Notes: generated by a model from the sequence alone, not told the origin. DNA of 64,000 nucleotides from the human T2T-CHM13v2.0 reference genome, Homo sapiens (GCF_009914755.1 NC_060942.1), one strand, 5' to 3'; positions 11,610-26,325 are shown, counted from the stretch's first letter. Numbers and translations: made by a program.

Positions 11610-14600
11610 CACATAGTTTGGTTCCAGATGAAAGGGAGTAAGCACACTGCACTCATTCTATCCCACTTAATACAACTATAAAACCCAGAAAGAATGCATG
11701 GAGCAGCTATGTGAAGACTACGTAAAGTAAATCACAGCAGGCACATCAAGGTACCATGGAATCAGTGGTGAATTTACCATTTTTCCCCTCCTTTAGCCCA
11801 TGACTTGAATTCAGTGCAGCCTGAAACACAGAAGCAAGCCCTTGTAGCACAGATAAACTGAACTCCAGGAGAAGCACAACAGGCCTGGCTGAGAACTAGG
11901 AAAGGAGCTCTTAATGCTCATGGTGGGGAGAACTCTACTTCTCTTTTCTACCAGGCCCAGCCCCCAGGCAATTCTGTATCAATATTGACAGTGACAACTA
12001 TGAGACTCTGCAAGAACCAAAACTTTGAGAAAGGGGAACCTTCTTCTCTGCTCAGTGAAACTGTAGTTGAAAGAAGGTAGAAAAAAAGTATTGCCTTTTT
12101 CTTTCTCTGTTGTTTTTTTTCTCTCTGTTCTCCCTCTTATTGGGCTAGAATGTGAGCCCAATCAGAGAAGTGCACACAGAGAGGGATCACTAAAGCCCCA
12201 AGTTTCTGGACAGAGGACCAAAAAGAGTGGCCCAGAGAATCAACAAATACTCATGAAATCATGCAGAAAGAGAAGCTTGGGAAGGTAACCCCATGAGGTT
12301 AGTTGTTTCTGAACTCTTGGGCTCACTCTTGACCTGCACATGTGTGATTCTGATCGTAATTAGCCTTCCAAACTCCTTGAGAACTGATGTTAGGTATAGA
12401 CCTCTGTCTAGATCATAGACACCCAGGACATATCCAAAGAGCATTATAATGGCTTTGACAACTGAAATGACATTGAAACCACAGGTCACCATAGAAGGTA
12501 GATAGGAATCTGACACCTAAGTCTAACTAGATTAATTGTCTGCTAGAACACAAATAGCAACATTCTCCATAGAATTTAAATAAGATCCAGAGTTTCATGA
12601 TGTAATATTCAAAATGTCCATTATGTAATCTAAAATTACTCAACATCTGATAAGCCAAGAAAATGTCAACTCACATAAGAAAAGAAAATCAATAGAAAAC
12701 AATGCCAAGAAAGCACAATTGTTGGATTATCTGACAAAGACTAAAATGTTCAAACTAGCAATTGTGAATACTCTCATGACAAATGTAAAAGTTAAAAATC
12801 TTGGCAAGTAAATACAAAATGACTGATACAAAAATACATTGAATAGACTCAATAGCTGGATGAGGATGACAGATGAAAGAGTCATTGAATTTGAAGATGG
12901 AGTAATAGAAATTATCCAGTCTGAATAACAAAGAGCATAAAGCATGAAGAAAAAATGAGCAGAGCATTTGGGGCCAGTGGGACAATAGCAAAAGGTCTTA
13001 CGTCATGCCATCAGAGTGCCAGAGGGAGAAAGGGAAGAGTGTAGTAATGAAAAAATATCTGAGGAAATAATGAAAATTTATTTGGCTAGATACTAGAACA
13101 AACACCAAACAAGATAAATCCAAAATATCCATGCCCACATAGCATAATCGAAATGCTAAAAGCTAAAGACAAGAATATAAATTTCTGAAGGCAGCCAGAG
13201 AAAAACAACACTTTATATATACAAGAATAATGATTTAAATCACTGTATATTTCTCATCGGAAATCATGGAGACTGTTAGAAAGTGGCACAGTATTTTTCC
13301 AGTACTGAATGATTATAAACACAGAATTCTATACCTAGTTAAAATATTCTTCAGGAATGAAAGTGAAATAAAGACATTCTCAGATGAAGGAATACTAAGA
13401 CAATTTATAGCCAGCAGATCTTCTCTAAAAGAATTTCTAAAGGAAGTTCTGTGAATAAAGGGAAATGATACTGGAGAGAAACTTAGAACAAGAAAAAAAG
13501 AATAACAACAAAATGGTATATATCTTGGTAAACATAATGGACTATTCTCTTGAATTCTTAAAAATATGTCAGACAATTGAAAACAAATTTCATAACATTG
13601 ACTTATGGCATTTGAACTGTAAATATTTAGATATAAAACAACAATAGCATAATGGGAGAGAGCAAAGGGACCTAAAATGTAGTAAGATTTTTACATTTCA
13701 ATTAAAGTGGCAAAATATTGATTGAATTATACTGTGAAAAGTTAACTATGTATTGTAGAATCCTTAAAGATACCACTAAAAAAAAATTACACAAAATCAT
13801 ATAGCAAAAAGTCATAATAGATAAAACTGGATACTAAAAAATCTTCAAATAACCAAAGAAGCTCAGAAGGAGAAAGAGGGGTACAAAAAAAGAAAGAGAA
13901 CAAGCGGAAAACAAACAACTAAATGGTAGACTTAAATACAAATATACCAATAAATGCATTAAATGTAAATGGTCTAAGCACCCAGGTTAAAAGACACAGA
14001 TTGTCTGAATAGATAAAATATAATAAACTAACTCTAGTCTGTCTATTAGTAAACTCATTTCAAATATAGTGTTATAAGTAGGTCGCAAACACTAATCTAA
14101 AGGAAGCTAGAGTGAATATACTAATATCAATGTAGACTTCAGAGCAAAAAAATTATCAGAGTTTAAGAAGGATATTGCCTATTGATAAAAGGGTAAATTC
14201 GTAAGAAGGAATAGCAATCTTAACTGTGTAGCCATTTTACACCAGAGTTTCAAAATAAATGAAGCAAAACCAGACAGAACTGAAAGAAGACACACATAAA
14301 TGCAGGACTATAGTTAGAGAATTTGACTTTCATCTCTCAATATCACTACAACTGGTAGACAGAAACTCAGCATGGATACAGAAGAACTGAACAATGCCAT
14401 CAACCAACTGAATGTGATAGATTAATACAATATTCTACACAGCAACAACACAATCTTTTCAAGTATACATAGAACTTTTACAAAGATAGACTATGTTCTG
14501 GGTCGAAATACAAATCTTAGGTCATTTCAAAAACCAAAATAATAGAAAAAATATTTTCAGACCATAATAGAATTATACTGGAAATCAATAACAGAAAGAT

Positions 14601-15065
14601 AACAGGAAAATATAGAGACACTTCAAAGTTAAACAGTACTTCTAAATGATCCATTTGCTAAAATAGAATTCTCAAAGGAAATTAAAAACTACTTTGTACT
14701 GGATGAAAATGGAGAAAAGCACAGAAAATAAAATTTGTAGAATGAAACAAATATTCCTTAGAGGGATATTTATAGCATTACATGGTTATAAGGAAAAAGA
14801 AGAAAAGTCTCGTAACAATAACCTGAGCATTCATCTTATGAAACTAGAAAAGCAAAAACAAAATAGACCCAAACTAAGTGGAAGGAAATAAAAATTGCAA
14901 GAGCAGAAGTCAAGGAAATTGAAAACAGAAAAGCAGTAGAGAAAGTCAATGAAACAAAAATCTGATTCTTTTAAAAGACCAGTAAAATTTATTAACTCCT
15001 TGCAAGAGTGAAAGTAAAAAAGAGAGAGCAAAAGTTCCTACCAATATCAAAAATTAAAATGAATG
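11610..15065 (+). mobile_element. Old L1M (L1MD/ME-like): 5' region, decayed ORF1 and the endonuclease part of ORF2
   Basis: ORF1-like peptide at 13266-13454 (RILYLVKIFFRNESEIKTFSDEGILRQF); ttaaatgtaaatggtctaa (LNVNGL) near 13960; tcagaccataatagaat (SDH) near 14560. Confidence 0.85.
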
Positions 15066-15639
15066 GAATATGAGTACTATACACACAAATATCATTTCCT
15101 CTTCTATCTTTCCACAGGCCTGTGCACCTTTTTCAAGGAGAAGGACAAGGGTAGAGATGTTAGTACCCTTTATCTCCATAACATAGGATTGTGGGTGCTG
15201 AATGGAGCTTACTTACAGCTGTATTCCTCATGTCAAAAACTTCCCAGGACTTTGAATTCGACTGATTTGTTTTAATTAAATCATTAGCCAAAGTTTACCT
15301 CTTCAGCTGGAACAACTCACTTTGGCTATTTCAGTTCTTCTCATAATCATGGAGAAAGTTATGTAATGATTTAAAATATTCTCAAAGGTTCTTCTTTCAC
15401 TAAAACGTTACTAAATCCCATGGACTTCCCATGATTTACCAAATAACCCACACTGGAATAATTTATTTGGGTTAAAATATTTTGTCCATAATTCTTCTAT
15501 TAAAATGCAGATATGTTACAGTATATCTGACTGATTCAGACTATCCTGGATTCTAATTTTTTATCTAATGCCCTCATATATCCTCAGAAAATTACCTGTG
15601 AGATACCTCTAGATCTATTCCAACAAGAGAGGAAGTATC

Positions 15640-15780
15640 AAAAAATTGGAAAGAACACAAGATATATGAAGGTGATAATTATTAAATTATGACCAGCAAG
15701 AAAGAATCATTATGCTAACTGTAACTCCAGAAGCAACAGGAGCCTTTAAGGAAAGTGACCACATCCTCTGTGAGTTTAGA
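15640..15780 (+). mobile_element. L3/CR1 LINE relic (appears to continue at about 17000-17900 and 19100-19560)
   Basis: ttatgaccagcaagaaagaa...acaggagcctttaaggaaagtgaccacatc resembles the CR1 endonuclease 'GTLGESDH' region; aatgcaatcttagactgcact near 19335 resembles the L3 RT C-terminal region. Confidence 0.5.
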
Positions 15781-16009
15781 CAAACTGAGAAGATTCTCAC
15801 ACCAGTCAGAATGGCTATTATTAAAAATTCAAAAAAATAACAGATGCTGGCGAGGTTGTGGAGAAAAAGGAATGCTTATACACTGTTGATGGGAGTATAA
15901 ATTAGTTCAACCATTTTAGAAGACAGTGTGAAGATTCCTCAAAGACCTAAAGATAGAAATATCATTGGATCCAGCAATCCCATTACTGGGTATATACCTA
16001 AAGGAATAT

Positions 16010-16461
16010 TGATATGGTTTGGCTGTGTCCCCAACCAAATCTCATCTTGAATTGTACTTCCCATAATCCCCACGTGTCATGGGAGGGACAAGGTGGAGAT
16101 AATTGAATCATGGGGGTAGTTTCCCCCATCCTGTTCTCATGATAGTGAGTTAGTTCTCAGGAGATCTGATGGTTTTATAAGGGTCTTCCCCATTAGCTGG
16201 GCAATAATTCTCTCTCCTGCCACCATGTGAAGAGGGACATGTTTGCTTTCCCTTCCACCACGATTGTAAGTTTTTTGAGGCCTCCCCAGTCATGCTGAAC
16301 TGTGAGTCAATTAAACCTCTTTCCTTTATATATGTTGGTACAAAGGTAATTGCAGTTTTTGCAATTTTAATTGTAAGAACCACAATTATTTTTGCACCAA
16401 CCTGATAAATTACCCAGTCTTGAGTATGTCTTTATTAGCAGCATGAGAATGGACTGATACA
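16010..16461 (+). mobile_element. THE1 (C/D-like) solo LTR
   Basis: tgatatggtttggctgtgtcccc...ggactgataca; 5-bp TSD aatat at 16005-16009 and 16462-16466. Confidence 0.93.
16331..16405. mobile_element. MADE1 (Hsmar1-derived MITE, miR-548 source family)
   Basis: gttggtacaaaggtaattgcagtttttg...aaccacaattatttttgcaccaacc; TA flanks; interrupts the THE1 sequence cctttata|aattaccc. Confidence 0.9.
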
Positions 16462-17959
16462 AATATAAATCATTCTATCATAAAGACACATGCATGCACA
16501 TGTTCACTACAGCACTATTCACAATAGCAAAGATCCAAATGCCCACCAATGATATACTGGATAAAGAAAATGTGGTACATATACACCATGAAATAATGGA
16601 CAACCATAAAAAAGAATGAAATCATGTCCTTTGCAGGGAGATGGATGGGGCTGGAGGCCATTATCCTAAGCAAACTAATGCAGGACCAGGAAACCAAATA
16701 CCACATGTTCTCACTTATAAGTGGGAGCTAAATGATGAGAATACATAGACACATAGAGGGGAACAACACACACTGGGGCCTGTCACAGGGCAGAAGGTGG
16801 GAGGAGGGAGAGGATTAAAAAAAAAACAGCAACTAATAGGTACTTGGCTTAATGCCTGGGTAATGCAATAATCTGTACAACAAACCCCCATGACACAAGT
16901 TTACCTATGTAACAAACCTGCACATGTGCCCCTGAACTTCAAATGAAAGTTAAAAACAAAACAAAATAAAAAAGAAAAACCAAGGAGGTAATAGTGGGTA
17001 GGACCAGACATGCCCTCTATGCCCTCTGTGCTGTGCAGATATCAACCAAAAAAAAAAAAAAAGGAAAAGATTAACAAGTGCACATGGGCACAGAGTAAAA
17101 AGGTAGGAAAATGCAAATGATGAAGTTCCTATAACTATAAATCTAACAATACAATCACAAATGATCCTGAGGAGGAAGAAAGTGCAAAGGCCACTGATGA
17201 AATCAACTGGTCTGCCAGGAAACTCTCTAATTAACTGATAGAGAAATGGTCACAGAATCAGGGAGAATACAAAAGAAGAATAAAAATCCGTGAAAACACT
17301 TGAAAAGGAAGAAATCCAGAATAAGCAGAAACTGATAAAAACATAAGGGGGAGAAATGCATTTTCAATACGTTTAAAACTAAAGTAAAATGAGGAAGGAA
17401 TTGGACCAGTACTTGGGGCAGATGGTAAAAATGTTAACAGATGCAGAAAAGGCAAAACACCTCATTTCTCTTTTTCTCTAAAATTTTTAAATTTTTAAAT
17501 TTTTAAATTCCAGAAGGAATTAAAGCCAAGGTAGTCAATGAATTGAGTAAAAGAGAATTCAACTATTTTAAAGGAGCTTCTGCCTCTAGCTCTAATGAAA
17601 TACAGTGCTATATATTACAAATACAAAAAGAACATGCAGATTTGACTGCACATCATGGAAAATGAGAGAGGTGAAAGAAGACTGGTAAAAATTTCTGCCA
17701 TTTTCAAAATGGGAAAAATAAATAGTGTAAATACAATGTGGTGAGATAATGATTAATTTCCAAGAAAATTCTAGAATTGTTGATCAAACCAGAGAGATAT
17801 ATGCAGTTTAAAAGGAAAGTTGTAGCTTTAAGAGCCAGCATGAGTTTACTCAAGAACAGATCATAGAAATCTAACTTCATTAGTTTATGCAAAAATATAC
17901 CAAAAGTTTCCCTCAGAATTCTGCATAAATGCCTACTTGTAATAATTTAATTCTCTATT

Positions 17960-18245
17960 CAAATGGTACTTCCTCTTAAGAGCTTTCTCGGGCAATCCAG
18001 CCTAGACAGTTTCTCCTTTCCTTCAGCATCCTACTATCATTCACATTTAATTTTTTTTATACAGCGTTTATCTAAAATGACCTTGCTCATTTACCCATTT
18101 ACTTATCTGGCTCTCCCACTCTTATGAGACCTTGAAGCCTATGAGAACGGGAACTTTATCTGTTGTTCCCCACAGTTTCCTCTTTCCTAGAAAATTCCCT
18201 GGCAATGAGTAGGCACTCCATAAGTATTTTTGAATGAATGAATAA
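17960..18245 (+). mobile_element. L2 3' end
   Basis: gagtaggcactccataagtattttttgaatgaatgaat terminus. Confidence 0.7.
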
Positions 18246-20589
18246 ACAGAATCTCTAAACTAAAAGGGACATAAAAAGTCACCCAGCCCCCACATTGACT
18301 GCCAGCATGGAGTCACCAAGCTTTTTTCTTAAACCTCCAATGGCAATTACTCATCACAATTCGATTACTCTATTTCATCTTAGAACAGATTCAATTTTGG
18401 GAAAGTTCTACTTACACTCACCTGAAATCTGTGTACAACTTCTAGTTTCCGTCCATGAAGTTTATCAGAACCCAACTCTTCCATAAGTTCACAGGTAACA
18501 ACAGACTCAATCCCTCTTTCACACGGCAGCCATTCAGCATTTGCTTCTCCAGTCTGGACAGTTTCAATTCTTGCAAGCTCTCCACATGGGAGAATTCAGA
18601 GACCTCTCGCCCTGATGGGCTCTGCCTTATGAAAACATTTTCAGTCTAATATCTTGCACATTTGGGCAGTCACAATATAGATTGGCTCTGCTACCCCTCA
18701 AACTCATAATCAAAGATGCAGACACACATATGAATACTCTCCACTCCCACTCCCATAGCAGATATCCCAATAACTCCTGGCATTGAGATGGGAGTCATCT
18801 TAAATCATCTCAGTACAGCCTCTAGGCCATCACTACCACATGATCACAGCTGGCACTAATGAGGAAATAAAATTGTCATCCCAGTGTTGGGTACTAATAC
18901 ATCCTAAGATGACATAAATTTTTGGCAATCATTTGATACGCCAGCTCTGAGGGAGCCGACTAAAGTTCTTAAGTCATTTTCCCATATGTTGCTACTAAAC
19001 AACATCCCCCTCCATCCTTTATTGGTACACTTACTTGTTTCTGGTTTTATGGCTTTAGCTTTTGTTTTGTTTCTGCAATCAGATGCAAAGACTTGTATTC
19101 AACCATCTTCAATTAAGATGTCATTTAATAAAGATGTAAAACTCATTATTGAGCCCAATGTTCTATGGTTGTATTAAAAACAATATAATTTACTAGCACA
19201 ATATGGGAGAGGAGCGTGAGTAGCAAAAAGTCATCAAAAATCACAGCTTTACATATGGAGAGAACTGAGGATTTTGGATGATGTCAAGCAAATTAAGAGT
19301 CAATAATGAGACATGGCTAGGAAACAAAAAATAAATGCAATCTTAGACTGCACTGATACAATGATAGTATCAAAATTAGAATAATAGTCAACTTGTAATG
19401 TCAGACCATGTGTTCATTACTGACAACAAAATTTTATGAAAGATGTGCTAAAGATGTATGCTATAATAAGATTTCTAGTCACTATACCTTGTGAGAAAGG
19501 TGAGAAAACTAAAGATCCAATCTTAAAAAGAGGAGGTTTAGGACTCATGATTTCATGCTTAAAAAAGAAAATAAAAGCCTCTATGTAAAACTGAATTAGA
19601 CTAAGTCTAAGCATAGGTATATTTACAATTCTAAAAAGCTTTAAGGGTGGAAATCAGAGTTCACAGCTTTGCTGTGTGATCATAAGAAAAATACTTAATT
19701 TCTCTCTACCTGATTCTTTATTCATTCACTCAACAAATATATGAACTGAGTGCCAAAAACACACACTGAATAATTCACGCATGGCATCTGCGCTCCTGAA
19801 GATTATAGTCACGTGGTGGAGACAGACTTTACATAAGTAAATTAATCAGTTGAAAAAAAATCACAAGTTGTAACAAGTACCCAGTCAATAATAGGCACTC
19901 AATAAACATTAGGATGAGTATCCAACTAATGCCTTCCTGAAATAGAATGGACTGTCTTACAAAGGTAATGAGTTTCCTATTGCTTACATGTTCAATTAAA
20001 GGTTTAATGTCATAAGTCAATGAAAATGTAGAGGAGATTTATATATTTGGTGAAAAAGTAGACTAAAACTTCTGTAGGATTTTCAGCCGTAATCTCCATA
20101 CTTCTCTGTGATTCCTACGATATTCTGAATTTCAGCTTTGTAAATAAGTAGATATCTTCACTCTTCTCAGTACCACAAAAACTGTTGAACAAAATAAAAT
20201 ACACCACTTGAAAAAACACATTGAACTGAATTGGTATTTATTTTGGTCAGTTGGGCAAGTGTGTATTTACTTTATTTATCTTTATATTGCCATTTCTAAA
20301 TCTGCTTAGACTCTAAAATTATTTAACTTGTATTAATAAATTCAGGGTGATGAGAGAAAAAAACGTAAATCCAATTATTCTTTCATTAACTTACTCAAAA
20401 ATTGTATCCATTCATTTATGTATTCGCTCAGAAATGTCTGTGTGGTTAACACTGTGCATACTACAGAAATAATTTAATGATGACTATCAAATATACTTGC
20501 CCTTGAATAGTTGCTTTTATGACAGTGTCTTTTAAACTTTTGGGGGTCAAAATTTTGAACCCTCAGGTTTTATTTTTGAAAAACTAAAA

Positions 20590-21225
20590 CTGTTTTTAAA
20601 AAGTAGTAACTGTGTAAAACATGAATCTAATCAAACCTAGAGACCATCCACAAATTTACAAGTAATTTGCAGAAAATACAAAGAAAGGAGAATTAGAAGT
20701 TAAGTGACAATATCAAATGGAGTCCTCCAAATCCAGATTATGAGACATTCTATGGAACAAATAATCTCCAACAATTCAATAGCACAAAAAGGAGAAAGGG
20801 TGATCATCACAATAAAAGAGACTTTAGAGGTTTACCAATCCAAAGGTGAACTTTAAGTCCTAATTAGAATAATTGAATGACAAAATCTAATAGTCCAATT
20901 ACACAATGACATATGAGACAATTGGGGAGATTTGATGATGGGCTGAGAATTAAATGAGGTTAAGGAATGACTGTTCATCTTGCTAGTTATAGTAAGGCAT
21001 GGTGACCATGTAAGGAAAAAACAATTGAAGATACATACTAAAGATTTTATAGAAGAAATGACATGATATGAGGGATTTGCTTTAAAATACTCCAGAAAAA
21101 TACAGTGCAGGGATAAGTAAAATAAGCATTGCAAATTGTTCATAATGACTCCAGGGGAATTTGTATAACTTCCCCTGGAGTCTCTACTTCAGTGATTGTT
21201 TGAAAATTCCCCTAATAAAAAATAT
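20590..21225 (+). mobile_element. L1MC/ME 3' end
   Basis: gaaatgacatgatatgagggatttgctttaaaatactccag...gtttgaaaattcccctaataaaaa. Confidence 0.7.
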
Positions 21226-22128
21226 TCTTTAAAATATGCATTCTTTCCAGAAAATTAATACCTTCAAATAGAAATCATATTTTGTTTACAATTTGAGGGG
21301 GGGTTACATAGTGCTAAACCTATTTCAGATTTTAAAATCTTGATATAGTGGGAGAAGGAAAATATTTGAGTATAATCTCAAGGGAGAATACTATTAATAA
21401 GAAAGAAATTGCCATGGAGATTAGACAGGTGTTAGCTCTTTGTAACCACCAAAAGCAGAGCCTAGGTACCCACAAAAATAGAGAAAGGAAGAGCGACAAG
21501 AACAACTCTGAGACCTGTGTGGACTTTACTTCTAGATTTGCAAAGGATTTAAAGGAATGAATGACACAGGACACAGGGAAGGCAGAGGAGCTTAAAAGTA
21601 AAAATGAAAAAGAAACAAATGAGATGGTGAGGCTAAAAGAAAGGAAACTACAGTCAGCCAACATCTTTCTTCAACAAGCATAGCATCTAGAACATCCCAG
21701 CTCAAGCCCATCCTGGATATAAAACTAGAAATACTACAAATGGCATTTCTGAGTAGTCCTGAGGGATGCTGAGGGGCAGGGTATGGGACGAGGAGGTAAT
21801 ATCTATTCCAAAATTCTAAAATACTTTGCTTATAAAGAAATTCTACTGTAAGTCTTATTGTAAAGGGAAACATTTTTGTAAAACCAATCACCACTACCCA
21901 TTTTAACGTGTAGTCTAATGTTTATTATGATGATAATGTTACTTTGTAGCTATGCAGGAGTTTTAAAGAAGAGCACTGTAACATTTTCTTATTCAAATCC
22001 CTCAACTGGATACAACCCTCCTGTAAAACAGAAAATTCACTTTTCTTCTCCACTGTGCACCCAGATCCTAGAGCAGCACCTGGCTGGTAGGCACTTAATA
22101 AGTATTTTTTGAATTAAAAAATAAATTA

Positions 22129-22438
<310 letters not shown>

Positions 22439-22554
22439 TCAGCCCAGTAAAGTTGACACATAAAATTAACCATCCACTTCCTAAGCATGCTCTCCCAGAG
22501 ATCCTTGTATGTAATTCTTCACAAACTTGTTGCTGTCCAGTGCCTCCAAGCATT

Positions 22555-22812
22555 GGACTCAGGCTGAGTCCAAAGGCTGAATTACACCACTGGCCTTCCT
22601 GGTTCTCCAGCTTGCAGACAGCAGATGGTGGGACTTCTCGGACTCCATAGTTGAATGAGCTAATTTCTATTTAACACACACATGCACATATACATATATA
22701 TACACTTATATATATATATACGTATATATACACTTATATATACGTATATATATATATACACATATATATGTATATTATTGGTTCTGTTTCTCTGGAGAAT
22801 CCTGACTAATCC
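22555..22812 (+). mobile_element. MLT2 (ERVL) LTR 3' part containing a (TA/CA)n tract at about 22675-22775
   Basis: ttctccagcttgcagacagcagatggtgggacttctc...tattggttctgtttctctggagaatcctgactaat. Confidence 0.8.
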
Positions 22813-25059
22813 AGGAAGTTAAACTAGAAAAAAGAACAAGGAAGTGGTTGCTACGATAATCAGGTTATGCTTGGAGGAGGAGGACAGGTTAGTGACTCAG
22901 AAGAAGCATGAGGGAGATTTTCAGGATACGAATAATGTTCTATATTTTTATTTAACCTGGTTGTTTGTGATAAACCATGAACCATTATACTGTATATCAT
23001 TCTGTTATACATTTATCTGCACATTTGTTAAATTTCATAACAAAACAGCTTTTAAAAATATTCTTAAAATATAAATAAATGAGTCTTGATCATGTTAATC
23101 ATTTGAAGTTAGAAGTACTTCAAAAGTATACAGGAATTGGAGTAGCATTTCATTCCTGTAAATAGCTTCTCCTCTTTGCTTTGCAGAATAAAATTAGAGG
23201 ACTCCAAACAGGCAGTTCTGGCCATCATGAGCCATCTTGGGCATTGTGAGGAAGGGGACGTAAGAACAAAAGATAGATCTGAAGGCGCTGCCTAGACAAG
23301 GTCCATTTTTCTTTATGCCTCATGCCTAAGAGACTAAAAGAGAAAACATATTTGTCTTAGGCAAAGGCAAAAAAAAAAAAAACAAGCTTTCCAGACTGAT
23401 CATTAGAGCCTTCCCACACACATTCAGAATAACGATGGCTGGACAGCGAACATTCCTCAGAAAAGCGAAAGTTTCCAAGTGAATGCAACAGAGTTCTCCG
23501 CTCACATTCCAGTTGAAGAAGTGAGATAAAGACAAGCCCACGTGCAAAGAACTGTATATTTCTAATAAGCAAATCATGACAATGGGGAATGCCTAAAAAT
23601 CCATTAGCTGTTCTTCAAGCAGATCTTTGGGGAGACATCATTATCTGTTTTGACTGCATTAAGAAAGCAGCTTTGGAAAGCCTGTTAGAGAGCTTTACAA
23701 AATAATCTTTTGACAAGCTGCTCTTCTAGTGGACTGTGGAAAACCTGATAAAACTTTGGTTTTTCATGTTGATCCCTTTATTTGTTTTGTTCGTATGCAA
23801 GCTGCCATTTCAGAGCCAGGAAAGTCATCAGCAGCCTATTGCGGCCATTCTCTAAGCAGTGTAGGGCATTTTTCCCTTAATCTTACCTTTCTCCCTTAGA
23901 ATAATTTAGACTCTATCTGGGACTAACAGGCACACACTGCCCCCATCAGGTTAAACTACCCTGCAAAATCAGATTCTCTAGAGAAATTAAAATAAACTGA
24001 GTGTAGCAAGTACATATGCATAGAAAAGCAGACATATTTCAAACTTCTGGATTATGCTTAAGATTATTTCTATTTAATGCAACCTGCCCCTAAAGAAGCT
24101 TATTTTAAATGAATCACTCTTTAAATAGATCATTATTTGAATTCTCAGTTGTCAGGATTGACTCCTTAATTCTGATACCGTCGACCTGGTTGTCTTATAT
24201 CCTCACTTCTGACTTAGCAAAGTAGCCTGAGAGAAAAACTATCATTTCTTTCCTCTGATCATTCAATTCTTTAATTTTTAATGAAATCCAGTTAATTCAG
24301 AACCATTATTAGGTTCTATAATGGAAACTATGCTATTACACAATGTTAATGCCCCTGTGCATTTTTTAAACAAGAGCTATATGCTTTATTACTTTATTTT
24401 CTTAAATTATCTTTGGAAATCTGAATTTTATGAATAAGTCACTGCAAATGAATTAAACATTGTGATGATGGTAAAATTTACTCATTAAGAATATGTTGAG
24501 GTCTTTTGGGAAACAAAGCTAGTAATGGTAAATATCATTTTAGTATTTAGAAGTGCTTATCTATGTATAGCAACATACCAAGCACTGTAGAAATCCATCC
24601 TTGACGTAAACTACACTGGTCATGCTGTATATGGTGTAATTTTAAATGGGTTCTTTTTTTTTTTAATTCCCCTCCTGCCTGCCTAGGTATAAAAATTTCC
24701 ACATCAATTACTTTTTAGAATAAACTATTAAGTCTAAAATCTAATCTAGGTGCAGTAACATATTAAACTAGCTAAACTATCTAGAGGTAGATAGTTTCTA
24801 AAGAAAAAATATGCAAAATAGTTAAGTTTTAATGGGAAGAAAGAATGCAGAAAGGAAAAATAAACAGGAAAAATATAGTGCTGCAATACCAAAATGATAT
24901 TTTCTCTAGTCTGGAATGATCTGCCTGGAGAACCCAAAAATCACTCTTCAAACTGTAACTCAAATGTCATGTCTTTATTTATACTTTTTATCTCCATTAA
25001 AGTGACATTTATTTTAAAGTCTATTTTAAAATGGATTTTTCTTGAATGTAATATATCAC

Positions 25060-26325
25060 TACCATCCCAAAGGTAGCCACTACTCTGACATCTGACACAA
25101 TAGATGAGTATTGCCTCTTTTTGAATTTTACTTAAGTGGAATCATACAGAGGTTACGTTTCGTGTCTGGCCTTTTGCATTCAACATTCTATTGATAAGAT
25201 ATATTAATATTATTGTATACAGCAAGAGTTTATCACTGCTGCATGGTATGCAATTATGAATACATCATAGTTGATTTATATATTCTATTATTGATGAACA
25301 TTTATTCAGTATCCAGTTTGAAGCTATTAAGAATGGTGCTTTTGGTGGACTTACGTTCATATTTCTGTTCATCATGTATTTAGAAGTAAAATTGCTGGAC
25401 ATAGGGTATGAGAAAATTCATTGTTAGCAGATACTACCAGTTTTCCCAAGCAGTTACATCAGTTTCTGCACCAACCAGCAGAGTTCAAGAGTTCCAATTC
25501 CTTCATATCTTTGTCAACATTTTATGTCTTCCATTTATTTCCTTTTATTGATCCTCTTAGGTGCACAGTGATATGTCATCATAATTTTAATTTGGGTTTT
25601 TGGAATAATTAGTGAGGTACAGCACTTTTCATATGTTTATTGGAAATTTGGACATTCATTTCTATTAAGTGCGCATTTAGGTTTATTTATCTATTGAATT
25701 TCTTCTTTTTATTACTAATTTGAAAGATTTCTTTATATTCAACATGCAAGTCTTGCCATTACAGATATCCATGTAAAAATTATAAATATCACCTCCTTTT
25801 TTATGTATTCTGATGTATATGAGGTACTTTATTTTAATGTAATTTATTTTGTTTTTCTTTTACCACTCACACTTTTGGTGCCCTGCTTAAGAAATCATTG
25901 CTTACTACTAGATCATGAAGAAAATTTTACTCAGTTTATTTAAGGACTCTTATACCCACAAGAATTACATGAACACATTATCTGACATTGGGTCTTATTT
26001 ATGGTGTGAGATAACTATCAACATTGTTTTGTCATTTCTTCAAATTAATACAACATCTTTTATGGAGGAGGTCATCCTTTCTTCAAATGTACTTCCATTT
26101 TTTAAAGAGACTTTCGTTAAAAATCAAATAACTATCTATATGTAGTTCTGTTTCTGTACCCTATTCTGTTCCATTGTGTATTTGCATATCTTTCTGTTAA
26201 TATTCTACTGTCTTATTTGCTACAGCTTTATAAATCATTTTGCTATCTAGTAATCTAAATATCCTCTAGCTTTGTTCTTCTTCAAGATTGTTTTGGCTAT
26301 TCTGTGTCCTTTGAATTTCCATACT
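25060..26325 (-). mobile_element. Old L1M (ME/MC) 3' region
   Basis: aagtggaatcatacag...cagcacttttcatatgtttattgg...ctttgttcttcttcaagattgttttggctattct. Confidence 0.8.

Larger units (their letters stand above)
15795..16980 (+). mobile_element. 5'-truncated older L1PA (about PA10-PA13) 3' end, interrupted by THE1
   Basis: tctcacaccagtcagaatggctattattaaaaa...ccccatgacacaagtttacctatgtaacaaacctgcacatg...A-rich tail. Confidence 0.9.

Noticed and set aside
17480-17510. (aaattttt)n short tandem/palindromic tract
   Set aside because: Low-complexity slippage product
21348-21683. Purine-rich ORF-like stretch (70 aa, continuing past one stop)
   Set aside because: No recognisable protein, has in-frame stops, and shows no clear splice or retrocopy hallmarks
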